From NCBI GenBank assembly GCA_963676565.1, contig OY781089.1, positions 1,984,001-2,048,000 of the forward strand: a stretch of 64,000 bases of DNA, given 5' to 3'. The position numbers and the translations under genes were made by a program. Positions 26,136 to 36,404 of this stretch are shown piece after piece (the stretch's first letter is position 1; each line of letters opens with the position of its first letter). The stretch is from Halarcobacter sp. GTDB taxonomy: Bacteria; Campylobacterota; Campylobacteria; Campylobacterales; Arcobacteraceae. The notes below the pieces were generated by a model. The model made no database searches, was not told where the DNA came from, and saw only the letters and a list, made by a program, of their open reading frames with translations.

Positions 26136-29100
26136 TTATTTTGTAGAGACATCGAAGTTAAATACTGCCCATTTGTTTTTCTCATCTTCTTGTTTTGTAA
26201 TGTCATCTATAATAATAGATTCTTTTGGAACTTTTTTCATGTTAAATAAGTAATTTTTAATATTTTCTATTCTTTTTTTAGTAATTGAAATCAATTCTTT
26301 TTCTGAAACATTTTGTTTAGAAGCAAGGAAATCTCTTAAGTATTCTGTATACGCATCAATTTGAAAATACTCTTTTCCATTTTTATCTTTTTTATAATAT
26401 GTTTCTTTTATTTTATCTAAGTCTTTTACATCTTTTAACTCATTATAAAACTCTTCTAAAGCTTCTTTATAATCATCCCCTTCAGGTATCTTTTCCATTC
26501 TTTTTAATACAAATTGTTCAAATTTTATATCTTGAAGAGCTTTTTTATCTTTTTGAGGATTATAAATTGGTTTTATCTTTATTGCAAGTCTAGGTTTTTT
26601 TGATAAAAGTTTTGCAATACTATCTAAGGTCTCTTTTTCAGAAGGTACAATATCACTTTTACCAAACTCAAAATCCATACTTTTTATCTTATCTTCATCA
26701 ATTCCTAACATTGCCCCAAGTAAGGCAAATGGTGAAGTGATTGCTTTAACTATTAAGTTTGTGAATACTTTCCAAACAATAGGTGCAATTGAAAATTGAG
26801 GATCATCAACATTACCTGAAATAGGTAAATCAATATCTATAATTCCATCTGAATCTTCTAGTAATGCAATAGCTAGTTCTAATGGAAGATTAACTGCGTC
26901 TGGACTTTCTACTTTTTCACCCAATTTAATATCACTAATGATAACTGAGTTTTGGGCACTTAAATCAGATTTTTTGATATTATATTTTAAATCTAGATTT
27001 AATTTACCACTATCGATTTTTCTTCCTATAAATTTACCTGAATATGGTGTGAAATTTTTAATTGCTATATTTTTAAATAATAAATTTGTATCTGTTAATA
27101 ATTTAATATCATTAATATCTACAGTTCCAACAATTTTTGTATAACCATATTTATCAACTTTACCTTCCAATTGGAGTTTTGTTGGTTTTGAATTACTTGA
27201 GTTTAATCTTGAAAAACTACCTTGTAGTTCATTTATATTTGTTTTAAATGGTATTGGAAGATTTTTATCTTCAAAAGTCATCTTCATATTTTTTATTTTT
27301 ACTGGACCTACATCAAATTTAAAATCACTTTTTTCTTTTGAAGCTTTTTTAACTGTTTCTTCTTCAACTTTTTTGTCTTGTGATTTTTCTTTTTTCCCTA
27401 GTGTAATTGATACATAGGGTTTATTTATATCTGAAGATTGAACTTTTAAATTATTGTTAGCAAAAGAGATTTTATTTACATTTATGTTAATATTTTTTGC
27501 AAGAATATCAGTTTTTGCTTTTTTATCTTTTATATTTGTATTTGGATTATATAAATTTAAACTAGAAATTGAAATTGCACCTTTATTACTAATTAGATCA
27601 TTCAATTTCAAACTGATGTTTCTTGCAACAATATTTTGATCATTTTTATTATCAACAAAATAAATTGAAGGCTTAGCTAATCTAATTGTTTTAATATTTA
27701 GTTTTTCATCTTTTAGTGTTGTATTTAAAGCACTTAGATTTAAGCTTTTTGTTGTGATATTCATTTTACTTTTTTTATCATTGAATTTTATAGTTGGAAT
27801 ACTTAATTTTGTTTCATCAAGAGCTATATCATTTCCATTTAGGCTAAAGTTTTTAGCGGTGATAGTATTTGAGTTAGCTACAACATTCATAGAACTTTTC
27901 TTATCTAAAAAATAAATAGATGGGTTTGTTAGTTTTATATTTGAGATAGTTGTGCTTTCATTTTCTTTTTTGATATTAGCGATATTTAAATCAGTTTTTT
28001 TACTAAATATTGTGGTTTTATTTTTTAAGTCTTCAAAATCTAAAGAACTATTTTTTATATTTAATTCATCAAGTAAGATATTTGAATTTGAAAAAGAGAA
28101 ATTATTTGCATCTATTTCTAACTCTTTATTTAAAATTGATAAATTGTTGTTTTTATTGTCAATTGTAATATTAGGTTTTGACAAAAGTAAATTGGCTAGT
28201 GTAATATCACTACCATCAACTTTTAAATCTTTTAAAGTAATATTTAAATCATCTGTTTTTGTAAAAAGTTTGCTTGATAAATCATCAAATTTTATATTTG
28301 ATTCTTTTAAATCAAAGTTTTTTAAAGAGATAGTCCATTTGTTACTTTCTTCTTGTTTTTGTGAAGCATTTGTTTCAATTTCAGTATTTATAGGCTCTTC
28401 AACTTTTTCTTCATTATTTGCAATTAAATTTGCAAAATTAATTTCACCTTTTTCATCTACTATTGCATTAAGATTTAGTTGATTTAAAACTATCGCTTCT
28501 ATATCAATATTGTTTTTTGGATATTGAAGATTTATATTATCTATTGCAAAATTTTCTAAAGAAGTTAGTGTTTTTTCATCTTTTGATATATTAAGTTTAT
28601 TTAATGCTAAATAACCATCATTTAAAATGACACTCAACTTATTTTCTGTATCAACTTTATAACCAATTTTTAAATCAATAAAAGTCTCTTCACTTAAATC
28701 AAAGTTTACTAAATCTTTTTTGTAGTTTAAAAACTGTTTTGGTCTAATATTTTTTAGCTCTACATTTCCATACATTTTAAATGGAGCAAGTCTTAAACCT
28801 CCGTTTATTTCTAACTCACTATTTTGATTGATTAACATTCTTAATGAGTGTGAAGCTAAAATATTTCTAAATGTACCCATATCATAAAATGTATAATCAA
28901 ATTTACTAATATTTAATTTATATGGTTCATCATCTTTATTTAATTTTGTGAAGTTAATAGAAGCATTATCTAAAATAGTTCTATATATTTGGAATTTTAT
29001 ATCTGAACTAGTTGTTTTTGTTTCCTCTTTAGTTTTTTCCTCTTTCTTTTCTTTTAAAAGTTTTTGTAGGTTAAAGGTTCCATCTTCATATTCAATAATA

Positions 29101-29420
29101 TTTAGATAAGGGTTTACAAGTTTTAAATCTTTAAAAGCTATATGAAGTTCATCAATTGACCTTAAAACAGCAAAATCAATATAAATATTATCTATCTTTG
29201 CTGTTGTTTCTTTATCATTGTAAATCTCTAAGTTTTGTAAAGATAGTTTTAATAAAAAAGGATTGAATTCTATTTTCTCTAATCTAGCTTTTTGAGTAAT
29301 ATTCTCATTAATAATTTTTTCTATTTGTGGTTTAGCAATTTTGGGAATAGCTATGAAACCAATAATAGTATAAATTAAAAGAATCGACGATATTGTTATA
29401 AGTAGTTTACCATTTTTCAT
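26136..29420 (-). CDS. DUF748 / AsmA-like envelope protein
   Basis: N-terminal TM, FNPFLL, PYSGKFIG..IDSGKLNLDL, LPLELAIALLED..G.IDIDLPISG, C-terminal OmpA-like region. Confidence 0.88.
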   Translation of the reverse strand: MKNGKLLITISSILLIYTIIGFIAIPKIAKPQIEKIINENITQKARLEKIEFNPFLLKLSLQNLEIYNDKETTAKIDNIYIDFAVLRSIDELHIAFKDLKLVNPYLNIIEYEDGTFNLQKLLKEKKEEKTKEETKTTSSDIKFQIYRTILDNASINFTKLNKDDEPYKLNISKFDYTFYDMGTFRNILASHSLRMLINQNSELEINGGLRLAPFKMYGNVELKNIRPKQFLNYKKDLVNFDLSEETFIDLKIGYKVDTENKLSVILNDGYLALNKLNISKDEKTLTSLENFAIDNINLQYPKNNIDIEAIVLNQLNLNAIVDEKGEINFANLIANNEEKVEEPINTEIETNASQKQEESNKWTISLKNFDLKESNIKFDDLSSKLFTKTDDLNITLKDLKVDGSDITLANLLLSKPNITIDNKNNNLSILNKELEIDANNFSFSNSNILLDELNIKNSSLDFEDLKNKTTIFSKKTDLNIANIKKENESTTISNIKLTNPSIYFLDKKSSMNVVANSNTITAKNFSLNGNDIALDETKLSIPTIKFNDKKSKMNITTKSLNLSALNTTLKDEKLNIKTIRLAKPSIYFVDNKNDQNIVARNISLKLNDLISNKGAISISSLNLYNPNTNIKDKKAKTDILAKNININVNKISFANNNLKVQSSDINKPYVSITLGKKEKSQDKKVEEETVKKASKEKSDFKFDVGPVKIKNMKMTFEDKNLPIPFKTNINELQGSFSRLNSSNSKPTKLQLEGKVDKYGYTKIVGTVDINDIKLLTDTNLLFKNIAIKNFTPYSGKFIGRKIDSGKLNLDLKYNIKKSDLSAQNSVIISDIKLGEKVESPDAVNLPLELAIALLEDSDGIIDIDLPISGNVDDPQFSIAPIVWKVFTNLIVKAITSPFALLGAMLGIDEDKIKSMDFEFGKSDIVPSEKETLDSIAKLLSKKPRLAIKIKPIYNPQKDKKALQDIKFEQFVLKRMEKIPEGDDYKEALEEFYNELKDVKDLDKIKETYYKKDKNGKEYFQIDAYTEYLRDFLASKQNVSEKELISITKKRIENIKNYLFNMKKVPKESIIIDDITKQEDEKNKWAVFNFDVSTK
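27429..28310 (-). repeat. Seven tandem 42-aa (126-nt) degenerate repeats within the DUF748 protein
   Basis: Units start LKES, LSKP, IKNS, LTNP, LSIP, LAKP, LYNP at exact 42-aa spacing. Confidence 0.85.
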
Positions 29421-29489
29421 AAGTAATCCTTTTCATATATCTACGATTATAACACATCAAAGTTAATAAAAAATAATAATTCTTGTATA

Positions 29490-30368
29490 TTATATATTTT
29501 TAATAAGTTGCGATTCTATAAAATCTTTAAAGGTAAGAAATAGTTTATTTTTGTTTTTGCTTTTATTATAAATAAGATGAAATTCCCTTTTAAAATCTAT
29601 ATTTTTTAGTTTTATTTGAAAAAGTTGTTTAGTTTTTAGTTCCTCTTCCACCGCAACTTTTGATATAGCTGTTATCGTATCTTTATTTTTTATTAAAATC
29701 TTTTTTATCTCATCAAATTCATAAAGTTCCATAAATATATTTATATCTTTTGCTAAATCTCCTAATTTATTTATAAATATGTCTCTTGTACCTGAACCAC
29801 TCTCTCTTAAAATCCATTTTTTATCTATTGTATCTATAAAACACTCTTTGGGAGCATTTTTATCACTAGTTACAATAATAAGTTCATCATCTATAAGTTT
29901 CTCTTTTATAATATTTGTATTATCAAAAGAGGTTTCTATAAGACCTATATCTAGTTTACCATTTAGTATTTGCTCTACAATTATAGAAGAGTTAAGCGAG
30001 TTTATATCAAGTTTTACATCTTTGTATTTAGATAAAAAAGTGTAATAAATATTTGGCATCATATAGTTTGCAATAGTTTTACTTGCAGCTATATTTAGTT
30101 TACCAGCAAGTTTATTTTTTTTGAATATATTTTTTGAATCTGTAATTGCTATAAAATGTTCATAGGTAAGTTCTTTAAAGTATTTACCTCTTTCATTTAA
30201 AATAAGTTTTTTACCAACTCTATCAAATAAACTCTCACCTAATTTTCCTTCTAAAGATTTTATAGCTAGTGAAATTGCTGACTGACTTATATTTATCTCA
30301 TTTGCTATTTGACTTATATTTGGATTATCACATAGTTTATAAAAAAAGTTTAGTTCTTTGAGTGTCAT
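29490..30368 (-). CDS. LysR-family regulator (YeiE/CysL-like)
   Basis: ISQSAIS..IKSLE..LFDRVGK HTH; WILRESGSGTR; divergent from YeiH gene. Confidence 0.92.
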   Translation of the reverse strand: MTLKELNFFYKLCDNPNISQIANEINISQSAISLAIKSLEGKLGESLFDRVGKKLILNERGKYFKELTYEHFIAITDSKNIFKKNKLAGKLNIAASKTIANYMMPNIYYTFLSKYKDVKLDINSLNSSIIVEQILNGKLDIGLIETSFDNTNIIKEKLIDDELIIVTSDKNAPKECFIDTIDKKWILRESGSGTRDIFINKLGDLAKDINIFMELYEFDEIKKILIKNKDTITAISKVAVEEELKTKQLFQIKLKNIDFKREFHLIYNKSKNKNKLFLTFKDFIESQLIKNI

Positions 30369-30473
30369 AATTTATCCTTATTGAAAATATTTATTATTAT
30401 ATTAAAAATAATATATTTTACAAATAAAATCCTTAGTGATATACTTTGGTTTATAAAATTTAGAGGATTTATT

Positions 30474-31502
30474 ATGTTTAATAAAGAGAATAGAAAAGAT
30501 ACATTTAGCGGGATTTTATTTGTTGCACTTTTTGCTTGTGCAGCTACATTTTTATCAGAGTTTTATATTTTTAAATCTTTGGGTATTAGTCCACTTATTA
30601 TAGGTATAGTTCTTGGTATGATATATGCTAATACTTTAAGAAATAAACTTCCACAACAATGGCATGCAGGGATTGTTTTTTCTACAAAAACTATATTAAG
30701 AACAGGGATAGTTTTATATGGGTTTAGATTGACTTTTCAAAGTATAGAAGAGGTTGGTATAAATGGTATTATTATAAGTTTTTTAATAGTTTCACTAACC
30801 TTTATAATTGGCTACATTGTAGGAGTTAAATTTTTAAAACTAGATAAAGAAACAACAATCTTAACAAGTGCCGGAAGTTCTATATGTGGAGCGGCAGCTG
30901 TACTTGCAACTGAACCGGTGATAAATGCAAAACCATATAAAAGTGCAATTGCTGTGTCAACTGTTGTGTTATTTGGAACTATAGCTATGTTTTTATACCC
31001 TTTTTTATATAAAGCAGGATTAATACCTTTTGATGAATCTACAATGGGAGTTTATATAGGGGCAACTATACATGAAGTAGCACATGTGGTTGCCGCTGGA
31101 AATGCTATTGGAAGTGTTGCAAGTTCTGATGCTATAGTTGTTAAGATGATTAGAGTTATGATGATTGCTCCTTTTTTAATAGTATTATCTATTTGGTTGG
31201 CAAAAAGTGCAAAAAATACAACAAGTAAAACAAAAGCTAAGATAACTATTCCTTGGTTTGCTGTTTTATTTATAGTTGTAGTTGGTTTAAACTCATTAAA
31301 TCTTTTATCACTAACTACAATAAATACTATAAATGCAATAGATACTTTTGCTCTTACTATGGCTATGAGCGCATTAGGTATGGAAACAAGTATTGATAAG
31401 TTTAAAAATGTAGGAGCAAAACCTATATATTTAGCGTTTATTTTATTTTTATGGTTAATATTTGGAGGGTTTTATTTAGTAAAGTTTGCTATTACTTTAT
31501 AA
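30474..31502 (+). CDS. yeiH: YeiH (UPF0324) putative sulfate/sulfite exporter
   Basis: GSSICGAAAV, GATIHEVAHVV, VKMIRV, IPWF; ATG 30474 with GAGGA RBS. Confidence 0.9.
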   Translation: MFNKENRKDTFSGILFVALFACAATFLSEFYIFKSLGISPLIIGIVLGMIYANTLRNKLPQQWHAGIVFSTKTILRTGIVLYGFRLTFQSIEEVGINGIIISFLIVSLTFIIGYIVGVKFLKLDKETTILTSAGSSICGAAAVLATEPVINAKPYKSAIAVSTVVLFGTIAMFLYPFLYKAGLIPFDESTMGVYIGATIHEVAHVVAAGNAIGSVASSDAIVVKMIRVMMIAPFLIVLSIWLAKSAKNTTSKTKAKITIPWFAVLFIVVVGLNSLNLLSLTTINTINAIDTFALTMAMSALGMETSIDKFKNVGAKPIYLAFILFLWLIFGGFYLVKFAITL

Positions 31503-31543
31503 GAAAAGAAGTGATACTATAATCCTTTTTATTAGGATTGTTT

Positions 31544-32347
31544 ATGTTAGGTTTTGAATCAATTTTACTTTATATTTTATTAGGTTGTTTTGTGGGCGTA
31601 GCAGCAGGTTTGCTTGGTGTTGGAGGTGGTGGAATTATAGTGCCATCTCTAACTGTAATATTTTTAATGCAAGGTATGTCAACAGATGAGCTTATGCATA
31701 TGGCATTAGGAACTTCCATGGCAACTATAGTTATAACTTCAATCTCAAGCTTTAGAGCCCACAATAAAAAAGGTGGTGTTCTTTGGGATGTGTTTAAGAT
31801 GATGGCTCCTGGGATTATAATAGTAACATTTTTAGCTACCTTTTTAGCCTCAATTTTAAGCTCTTTTTATCTAGCTATATTTTTCTCAGTATTTATGGCT
31901 TATGTTTCATTGCAGATGTTTTTAAATAAAAAACCAAAACCAAGTAGAAAATTAGCTAATTCAAAAATACAGTTTGGTGCAGGAACTATTATAGGTGCAA
32001 TATCAGCTATGGTTTCAATAGGTGGTGGTTCTTTAACTGTACCTTATCTTTTATGGCAAAATGTAGAGTTGAAAAAAGCTATTGGTACAAGTGCAGCAAT
32101 AGGTTTCCCAATAGCAGTTAGTGGAACTTTGGGATATATTATAAATGGGTGGAGTAATACTGACTTATCAAATTATACTTTAGGATTTGTATCTTTACCT
32201 GCATTTTTCTTTATATCAATATGTAGTTATCTAACTGCACCTATAGGAGTAAAGTTAGCACATACTTTACCTGTTGGGATTGTAAAGAAAATATTTGCTT
32301 TATTGTTAATATTATTAAGTCTTAAAATGCTTTTTTCTTTTATTTAG
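31544..32347 (+). CDS. Sulfite exporter TauE/SafE family protein
   Basis: AGLLGVGGGGIIVP, ALGTS, SIGGG..TVP, AIGTS. Confidence 0.92.
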   Translation: MLGFESILLYILLGCFVGVAAGLLGVGGGGIIVPSLTVIFLMQGMSTDELMHMALGTSMATIVITSISSFRAHNKKGGVLWDVFKMMAPGIIIVTFLATFLASILSSFYLAIFFSVFMAYVSLQMFLNKKPKPSRKLANSKIQFGAGTIIGAISAMVSIGGGSLTVPYLLWQNVELKKAIGTSAAIGFPIAVSGTLGYIINGWSNTDLSNYTLGFVSLPAFFFISICSYLTAPIGVKLAHTLPVGIVKKIFALLLILLSLKMLFSFI

Positions 32348-32374
32348 ATACAATCGCGTATTAAAAGGATGTAA

Positions 32375-33475
32375 ATGACTATTATAGAACTATTTCAAAA
32401 ATTATTAAGATTTAAATCTGTTACACCTGATGATGATGGAGCATTTGATTTTATTGCTGAGTATCTTGGAGATACTTGGGAGTGTATAAGTGTTGATATG
32501 GAAGGTGTTAAAAATAGATTTTATTATAAAAAATTCAATGAAAACCCACAACATTTGTGTTTTGCTGGACATATAGATGTGGTACCACCAGGTCAAGGCT
32601 GGGATGTAGATCCATTTGCCGCTGATATTATAGATGGCGTTATTACTGCAAGGGGAACACAAGATATGAAAAGTGGAGATGCTGCTTTTTTGTATGCTTG
32701 TAAACATGCAGTTGATTTTGATGGAACATTAAGTATTTTAATGACTAGTGATGAAGAGGGTGAAGGTACTTACGGAACTATCAAAATGCTTGAACTTCTA
32801 AAAAAGATAGATTTCATTCCTCAATATGCAGTTGTAGCAGAACCAACTTGTGAAGAGGTTTTTGGAGATGCAATTAAAGTAGGGCGTAGAGGAAGTATAA
32901 ATGGTTATATCACTATAAAAGGTAAACAAGGACATGCTGCGTATCCTGAAAAGTGTATAAATCCAGTCCATAATTTTGCTTCAATATTGCCAAAAATAGC
33001 TGGACATAACCTAGATAATGGAGATGAATATTTCGCTCCAAGTAAAATGGTAATCACAGATATAAGAGGTGGTATGGAAGTTACAAATGTAACTCCAAAT
33101 GAACTTAAACTAATGTTCAATGTAAGAAATTCAACAAATACAACAAGAGAAAGTGTTGAAGAGTTTATACATGAGAAATTAAATGGTTTAGAGTATGATT
33201 TTAGAACAACGCAAGGTTCATTTCCTTTTGTAACTAATAAAGAATCAAAGGTAGTTAAAGCTATGGAAGATTCAATTCAAAAGGTTTTAGGAATAAAAAC
33301 AAAACACTCAACCCATGGTGGAACTTCTGATGCTAGATATTTTGGTAGCTTTGGAATTGAGGCAATTGAATTTGGTGTTATAAATGATACTATTCATAGT
33401 GTAGGGGAGAGAACTACAGTTAAAGAGGTTGAAGGTCTTTGTAAAGTATATGAAGATTTGATTAAAAACTTTTAA
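32375..33475 (+). CDS. dapE: Succinyl-diaminopimelate desuccinylase
   Basis: FAGHIDVVP, RGTQDMK, TSDEEG, VGRRGS, QGHAAYP, GGTSDAR, TIH. Confidence 0.96.
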   Translation: MTIIELFQKLLRFKSVTPDDDGAFDFIAEYLGDTWECISVDMEGVKNRFYYKKFNENPQHLCFAGHIDVVPPGQGWDVDPFAADIIDGVITARGTQDMKSGDAAFLYACKHAVDFDGTLSILMTSDEEGEGTYGTIKMLELLKKIDFIPQYAVVAEPTCEEVFGDAIKVGRRGSINGYITIKGKQGHAAYPEKCINPVHNFASILPKIAGHNLDNGDEYFAPSKMVITDIRGGMEVTNVTPNELKLMFNVRNSTNTTRESVEEFIHEKLNGLEYDFRTTQGSFPFVTNKESKVVKAMEDSIQKVLGIKTKHSTHGGTSDARYFGSFGIEAIEFGVINDTIHSVGERTTVKEVEGLCKVYEDLIKNF

Positions 33476-33570
33476 ACCGAAAACTTCGCCAGACGTTTTT
33501 ACTGAGTATGAAGTAGTTATTCTTATTTGTACTAAAAAGTAAATATATCTTTACAAATAAAATAAATTGT

Positions 33571-33600
33571 AGTAATATACATTACAGTAACATACATTAC
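33571..33600. promoter_or_regulatory. Tandem 15-bp palindromic repeats, putative operator
   Basis: AGTAATATACATTAC + AGTAACATACATTAC, 13 nt upstream of the ATPase start. Confidence 0.6.
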
Positions 33601-33613
33601 TAAAAGAGATAAG

Positions 33614-34918
33614 ATGAAATTTTACAATAGAGAAAAAGAACTACAAAACTTAAGAGAGATACAACAGTCTTCATTGTCATTTTCCAAGATGACTGTTATA
33701 GTTGGTAGAAGAAGGATTGGTAAAACAAAACTTATAAAAGAAGCATATAAAGAAAAAGTATATTTTTTTGTATCAAAAAAAAATGAAGCTTTACTTTGTG
33801 CTGAGTTTATAGATATTATAGAAAGTACCTTATCAGTTAAGGTTTTTGGACAGTTTATATCTTTTAAAAATCTATTTGAATATCTAATGAATTTATCAAT
33901 AACAACTTCCTTTACTCTTGTAATAGATGAATTTCAAGAGTTTTTACAAATAAATAGTTCTATTTATAGTGATATGCAAAATATTTGGGATGAGTATAAA
34001 GATAAGTCTAAAATGAACTTAGTTTTAAGTGGTTCTATATATTCACTGATGAAAAAAATATTTGAAGATAAAAAAGAACCTTTATTTGGTAGAGCAAATA
34101 ATAAAATTCATCTAAAAAGTTTCACTGTAAATACTTTAAAAGAGATTTTAGAAGAAAATTATCCAAAGTATAAAAATAAAGATTTGTTATCATTTTATAT
34201 ATTTACAGGTGGAGTTGCTAAATATGTAGAGATTTTTGTAGAAAAACAAGCTTTTACTTTTGAGAAGCAATTGGAAGTAATATTTAGTGATTTTTCACTA
34301 TTTTTAGAAGAGGGTAAAAATTTACTGGTAGAAGAGTTTGGCAAAGAGTACACTACATACTTCTCAATTTTATCTTTAATAGCTAGTTCTAAAACTTCAA
34401 GAAGCCAGATTGAATCAATTTTAGAAAAAAATATCGGTGGATATTTAGAAAGATTAGAAAATGATTATACTCTGATAAAAAAGATAAAACCTATATTTGC
34501 AAAAGAGGGAAGCAGGATTGTCAAATATGAGATAATTGATAATTATTTTAACTTTTGGTTTAGATTTATCTATAAATATAAAAGTGCAATTGAGATTGAA
34601 AATTATGACTTTGTTAAAGATATAATCAAAAGAGACTTTTCTATGTATAGTGGAAAATTCTTAGAAAAGTATTTTATAGAAAAGTTACAACTTGAAAAAA
34701 AATATTCTCAATTAGGAACTTATTGGGAAAAATCAAATCAAAATGAAATAGATATAGTTGCACTAAATGAACTAGAGAAAAAAGTTTTAATAGCTGAAGT
34801 GAAATTAAATACTAAGAAAATAAATCTAGATGTGTTAGAAGAAAAGTCTAAAAAATTGGAAAAAAATTTAAAAAAGTATGAGATTCAATATATTGGATAT
34901 AGTTTAGAAGATATGTAA
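33614..34918 (+). CDS. AAA/archaeal-type ATPase with C-terminal DUF234 PD-(D/E)XK nuclease-like domain
   Basis: FYNREKEL, GRRRIGKT, VIDEFQ, PLFGR, DNYFNFWFRF, EIDIVA...AEVK. Confidence 0.9.
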   Translation: MKFYNREKELQNLREIQQSSLSFSKMTVIVGRRRIGKTKLIKEAYKEKVYFFVSKKNEALLCAEFIDIIESTLSVKVFGQFISFKNLFEYLMNLSITTSFTLVIDEFQEFLQINSSIYSDMQNIWDEYKDKSKMNLVLSGSIYSLMKKIFEDKKEPLFGRANNKIHLKSFTVNTLKEILEENYPKYKNKDLLSFYIFTGGVAKYVEIFVEKQAFTFEKQLEVIFSDFSLFLEEGKNLLVEEFGKEYTTYFSILSLIASSKTSRSQIESILEKNIGGYLERLENDYTLIKKIKPIFAKEGSRIVKYEIIDNYFNFWFRFIYKYKSAIEIENYDFVKDIIKRDFSMYSGKFLEKYFIEKLQLEKKYSQLGTYWEKSNQNEIDIVALNELEKKVLIAEVKLNTKKINLDVLEEKSKKLEKNLKKYEIQYIGYSLEDM

Positions 34919-34943
34919 TTTGTATAGAGACAAAAGGAATAAA

Positions 34944-35093
34944 ATGTCTTTTTCAAAAGATAAAAAACAAAGGCTTTTAAAAGTAAAATATGTGGATGAA
35001 ACAGTAATAAGAAGATTTGAGCAAATAGGTGTTGATTATGCTAAATCTCAATATCCAAATCACAAACTTATTCGTTTTGAAATAAATAATTAG
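34944..35093 (+). pseudogene. 49-aa ORF, probable internally deleted remnant of a small helix-hairpin-helix protein
   Basis: AAGGA RBS; MSFSKDKKQRLLKVKYVDETVIRRFEQIGVDYAKSQ...; below ORF-track cutoff; family assignment from recall only. Confidence 0.5.
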
Positions 35094-35130
35094 GGTTTTA
35101 TTATCTAATGTTCTTAAATGATAAATTTAC

Positions 35131-35177
35131 TTTACATTTTTGATAAAATATTCTATAATGATAAGTAAAATTATCAT
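35131..35177 (+). promoter_or_regulatory. hipA promoter with overlapping inverted-repeat operator
   Basis: TTTACA (35131) -17 nt- TATAAT (35154); ATGATAA-N6-TTATCAT at 35158-35177. Confidence 0.7.
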
Positions 35178-35189
35178 AAAAGAAAGAAT

Positions 35190-36404
35190 ATGGAAAATAT
35201 TGAAGTCCTTATTAACAATAAAGAAGTAGGAAAACTATTTTTTGAAAAAGAAAAAAATCAGTATGGATTTAATTATACATATGATTATAAACCTATTTCA
35301 TTAATCATGCCTTATAAAACTTCTTCATATATTTGGAAATACAAACTTCATCCTATTTTTGATATGAATATGCCAGAGGGTTATCTTTTTGAAATATTTA
35401 AAAAGTATTTGACAAAAGAGTATGGATATATAGATGATTTTCTGATTTTTTCTCATATTTGTTCAAATATTCAAAGTAGATTATCTTATAAAAGTTCTAT
35501 AAATAAAAAAGAGTTTTTATCCTTAGATATTAATGAAGTTTTACAAAATGATTCTATGGATACATTTACAAAAATTGTTACTACATTTTTGGATAAAAAT
35601 GCTATATCTGGTGTTCAACCAAAATCTTTAGCAATATTAAAAGATAAAGAGAGTGTATCTACAAAAGAATATATTATTAAAACTTGGGGTGAAGAGTATC
35701 CTCAATTAGCATTAAACGAATATTTTTGTTTAAAAGCTATAGAAAAAGTTGGAGTAAAAATACCAAATATAAAACTATCAAAAAACAATAAGTTTTTATT
35801 GGTTGAGCGATTTAATTATGACAAAGAAAATGATGCTTTTTTAGGTTTTGAAGAGGTTTTAACATTACTTGGAAAAAATAAAGATGAAAAATATAGTGGA
35901 AGTTATGAACAAATAGCAAAAGTTATTTATAGCGTTAGTACAGATAAGTTGGCTGATATGAAGAACTTCTATAAAGTTATAATCATGAATTATTTACTTA
36001 AAAATGGAGATGCTCACTTAAAGAATTTTGGCATGCTTTATAATGATGATTTTTCTAAAATATTATTTTCTCCAGCTTATGATGTAGTAAATACGGTAGT
36101 TTACATCTATAAAGATAAACCAGCTCTTACAATGAATGGTAAAAAACTCTGGATAGGAAAAAAGCAGCTTATAAAGTTTGGAATACAAAATTGTTATTTA
36201 AATGAAAATAGTGCAATAGAGATTTATGATGATTGTATTGAAAGTTTAAAAAATAGTATCGATGAATTAAAAAAATATATAAGTACAAATAAAGAGTTTA
36301 GAGAAATAGGTCAAAAGATGATTGACTCTTGGAGCTTGTCTTTAAATGAAAAAACATATAAGGAGATTCCAGTTGAAATTATACGAAATTGGTCAGCAAA
36401 TTAA
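35190..36404 (+). CDS. hipA: HipA-family Ser/Thr kinase toxin
   Basis: N-terminal coupling domain (ISLIMP, MPEG), ISGVQPK, LVERF, NGDAHLKNFG, SPAYD. Confidence 0.94.
   Translation: MENIEVLINNKEVGKLFFEKEKNQYGFNYTYDYKPISLIMPYKTSSYIWKYKLHPIFDMNMPEGYLFEIFKKYLTKEYGYIDDFLIFSHICSNIQSRLSYKSSINKKEFLSLDINEVLQNDSMDTFTKIVTTFLDKNAISGVQPKSLAILKDKESVSTKEYIIKTWGEEYPQLALNEYFCLKAIEKVGVKIPNIKLSKNNKFLLVERFNYDKENDAFLGFEEVLTLLGKNKDEKYSGSYEQIAKVIYSVSTDKLADMKNFYKVIIMNYLLKNGDAHLKNFGMLYNDDFSKILFSPAYDVVNTVVYIYKDKPALTMNGKKLWIGKKQLIKFGIQNCYLNENSAIEIYDDCIESLKNSIDELKKYISTNKEFREIGQKMIDSWSLSLNEKTYKEIPVEIIRNWSAN

Noticed and set aside
27952..28482. 176-aa plus-strand ORF and other short antisense or alternate-frame ORFs (e.g. 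1422-1733, 32405-32707, 57577-57969, 62853-63059)
   Set aside because: They lie inside well-supported genes on the opposite strand or frame, with no motifs; shadow ORFs
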